Shown here one piece after another: positions 8,307 through 9,997 of a stretch of DNA of 9,997 bases. The notes beneath the pieces are model-generated. The model saw nothing but the letters and a program-made list of their open reading frames with translations. It had not been told where the DNA came from and ran no database searches. The translations under genes were made by a program, and so were the position numbers. The number at the start of each line of letters is the position of its first letter. The stretch's first letter is position 1. The DNA is from Octopus sinensis (lineage: Eukaryota): the NCBI RefSeq assembly GCF_006345805.1, contig NW_021827688.1:1-9997 (forward strand). The letters are read 5' to 3'.

Positions 8307-8535
8307 TATTTCTTTACTGCCCACAAGGGGCTACACACAGAGGGGACAAACAAGGACAGACAAACGGATTGAGTCGATTATATCGACCCCAGTGCACAAC
8401 TGGTACTTATTTAATCGACCCCGAAAGGATGAGAAGCAAAGTCGACCTCGGCGGAATTTGAACTCAGAACGTAGCGGCAGACGAAATGCCGCTAAGCATT
8501 TTGTTCCGCATGTTAACGTTTCTGCCAGCTCGCCG
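8307..8535 (-). mobile_element. SINE family A, near full length
   Basis: Reverse complement of 7967-8189 (26 differences in 224 positions by manual count); A and B boxes on the minus strand. Confidence 0.93.
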
Positions 8536-8580
8536 TCTTTCTTCTGCGTGATAGTATTTGTCATGTAAGTTTTTCGTTGT

Positions 8581-8965
8581 CTTTTATTTGTTTTAGTTAT
8601 TAGATTACAGCCATGCTGGAGCATGGTCGTAATCTAATAACTGTCTGGTAAATACACCAACACCAGTTGGCAAGCGGCGGTGGAGAACACAGACACAAAC
8701 ATACACACACTATATACAAACACATACACATAAACATGCACACAAACATATATGTATGTATATATATGTGTGTGTAGAGAGAGAGAGAGAAAGAGGACAC
8801 TATTTTTTCGTACACCAAATCCACTCACAAGGCTTTAGTCGGCCGAAGACCATAGCAAAGGAAAAAACTTACCGAAGGTACTATACAATGCAACTGAACC
8901 GGGAACTATATGTTTCTGTAAACGAGAACTATAAGCGAATTGCTTACCACACGGCTACACCTACG
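8581..8965 (-). mobile_element. SINE family B, diverged near-full-length copy
   Basis: gccatgctggagca, acaccaacacc, ccaaatccactcacaaggcttt, ctgaacc.ggaac and ttaccacacggctacacc are collinear with 4483-4894; A box TAGCCGTGTGG on the minus strand (8947-8957). Confidence 0.82.
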
Positions 8966-9275
8966 TCAGTTTATATAAATATATAAATATTCGTTTCGTC
9001 GTTATTGAAGGAGTTAATATCGAAAGCAACATATACAATTTGCTTCTCACATTACCTTTCGCCGTTATATATTTAAAAAATTTAGTATTTTCATGAATAT
9101 AAGTACATTTAAAAGTATTCATCGACCATAGTGGAAACAAAAAACAAAAACAAAAGGTTTCTAATGAAAGATTTATCTCCCTTACGCTTCAGCAATGCTG
9201 TCACGCTCAAATGAGCTTGGCGTCGCTTTGACGCTAAAGTTTCCTCATAACCATAGCAATATACAAACTTTCAAC

Positions 9276-9293
9276 TATATAGGTATATATGTA

Positions 9294-9326
<33 letters not shown>

Positions 9327-9608
9327 GAGTGTGTGTCTGTGTGCGTGCGTGTGTATGTGTACACGAGTATATACATAGATATTTATTTATAAGTGCGTGT
9401 GAGCAAATGTAGTTATATGTGAATGTCAGTACGTATGTGTGCGTGCGTGTGTGTATATGTAGTTATATCGATCTCTCTCTCTCTTCTATATATATATATA
9501 TATATACACTACGAAATTTAAAATGTCATTTCTCACTTTCTATCAATCTCTCTATGTATATGTATGTGTATGTGTGTGTATGTGTGTGTGAGTGTGTATG
9601 TGTGTGTA
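9276..9608. repeat. Degenerate (GT)n/(TA)n/(CT)n microsatellite region
   Basis: Directly visible. Confidence 0.88.
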
Positions 9609-9710
9609 TTAGTCTTAGACAAGAATATTATTGGCAGCGACTTCGAAGTTTCGGTCATTTAAGCCAGCATGGCAATTCCCATATATACTGGTGCGTGTGT
9701 ATAGATATAG

Positions 9711-9713
<3 letters not shown>

Positions 9714-9749
<36 letters not shown>

Positions 9750-9765
9750 ACATACACACACGGAC

Positions 9766-9801
<36 letters not shown>

Positions 9802-9997
9802 CACACATATATATATATACACATATATACACTGACACAGACACACGCACACATATATATACACACACATACATATATATATACACACACATACACACAC
9901 ACATATATATATATACACAGACACACACACACTTATATATACACACAGGCATACACACACATATATACACACATATACATACACACACATATATATA
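9714..9997. repeat. (CA)n/(TA)n microsatellite running to the window end
   Basis: Directly visible. Confidence 0.95.

Noticed and set aside
9612-9700. ccagcatggc similarity to the SINE-B tail
   Set aside because: The match is only ~10 nt and does not extend convincingly.

Overview
Non-coding, repeat-dominated eukaryotic (animal) DNA with no credible intact protein-coding gene; almost every ORF in the track is a microsatellite artefact. The two tRNA-derived SINE families look from memory like the abundant Octopus (coleoid cephalopod) SINEs, which I cannot verify here. Contents: a decayed Tc1/mariner transposase end with DD36E-type spacing (760-1240), five copies or fragments each of two SINE families, a 127-bp tandem duplication and many microsatellites. 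Four small structured elements carry hammerhead-ribozyme (HHR) or HHR-like motifs. The best is a ~360-bp unit (7571-7930). Its minus strand holds a minimal type-I hammerhead whose two core deviations form the compensatory U3:A8 pair, at the apex of a rod-like fold. It is followed by a partial tandem copy and an inverted half-ribozyme, the layout expected of a Penelope-dependent retrozyme (candidate small circular RNA). The partial copy is interrupted, without a TSD, by a SINE that forms a ~223-bp inverted pair with a neighbouring SINE.
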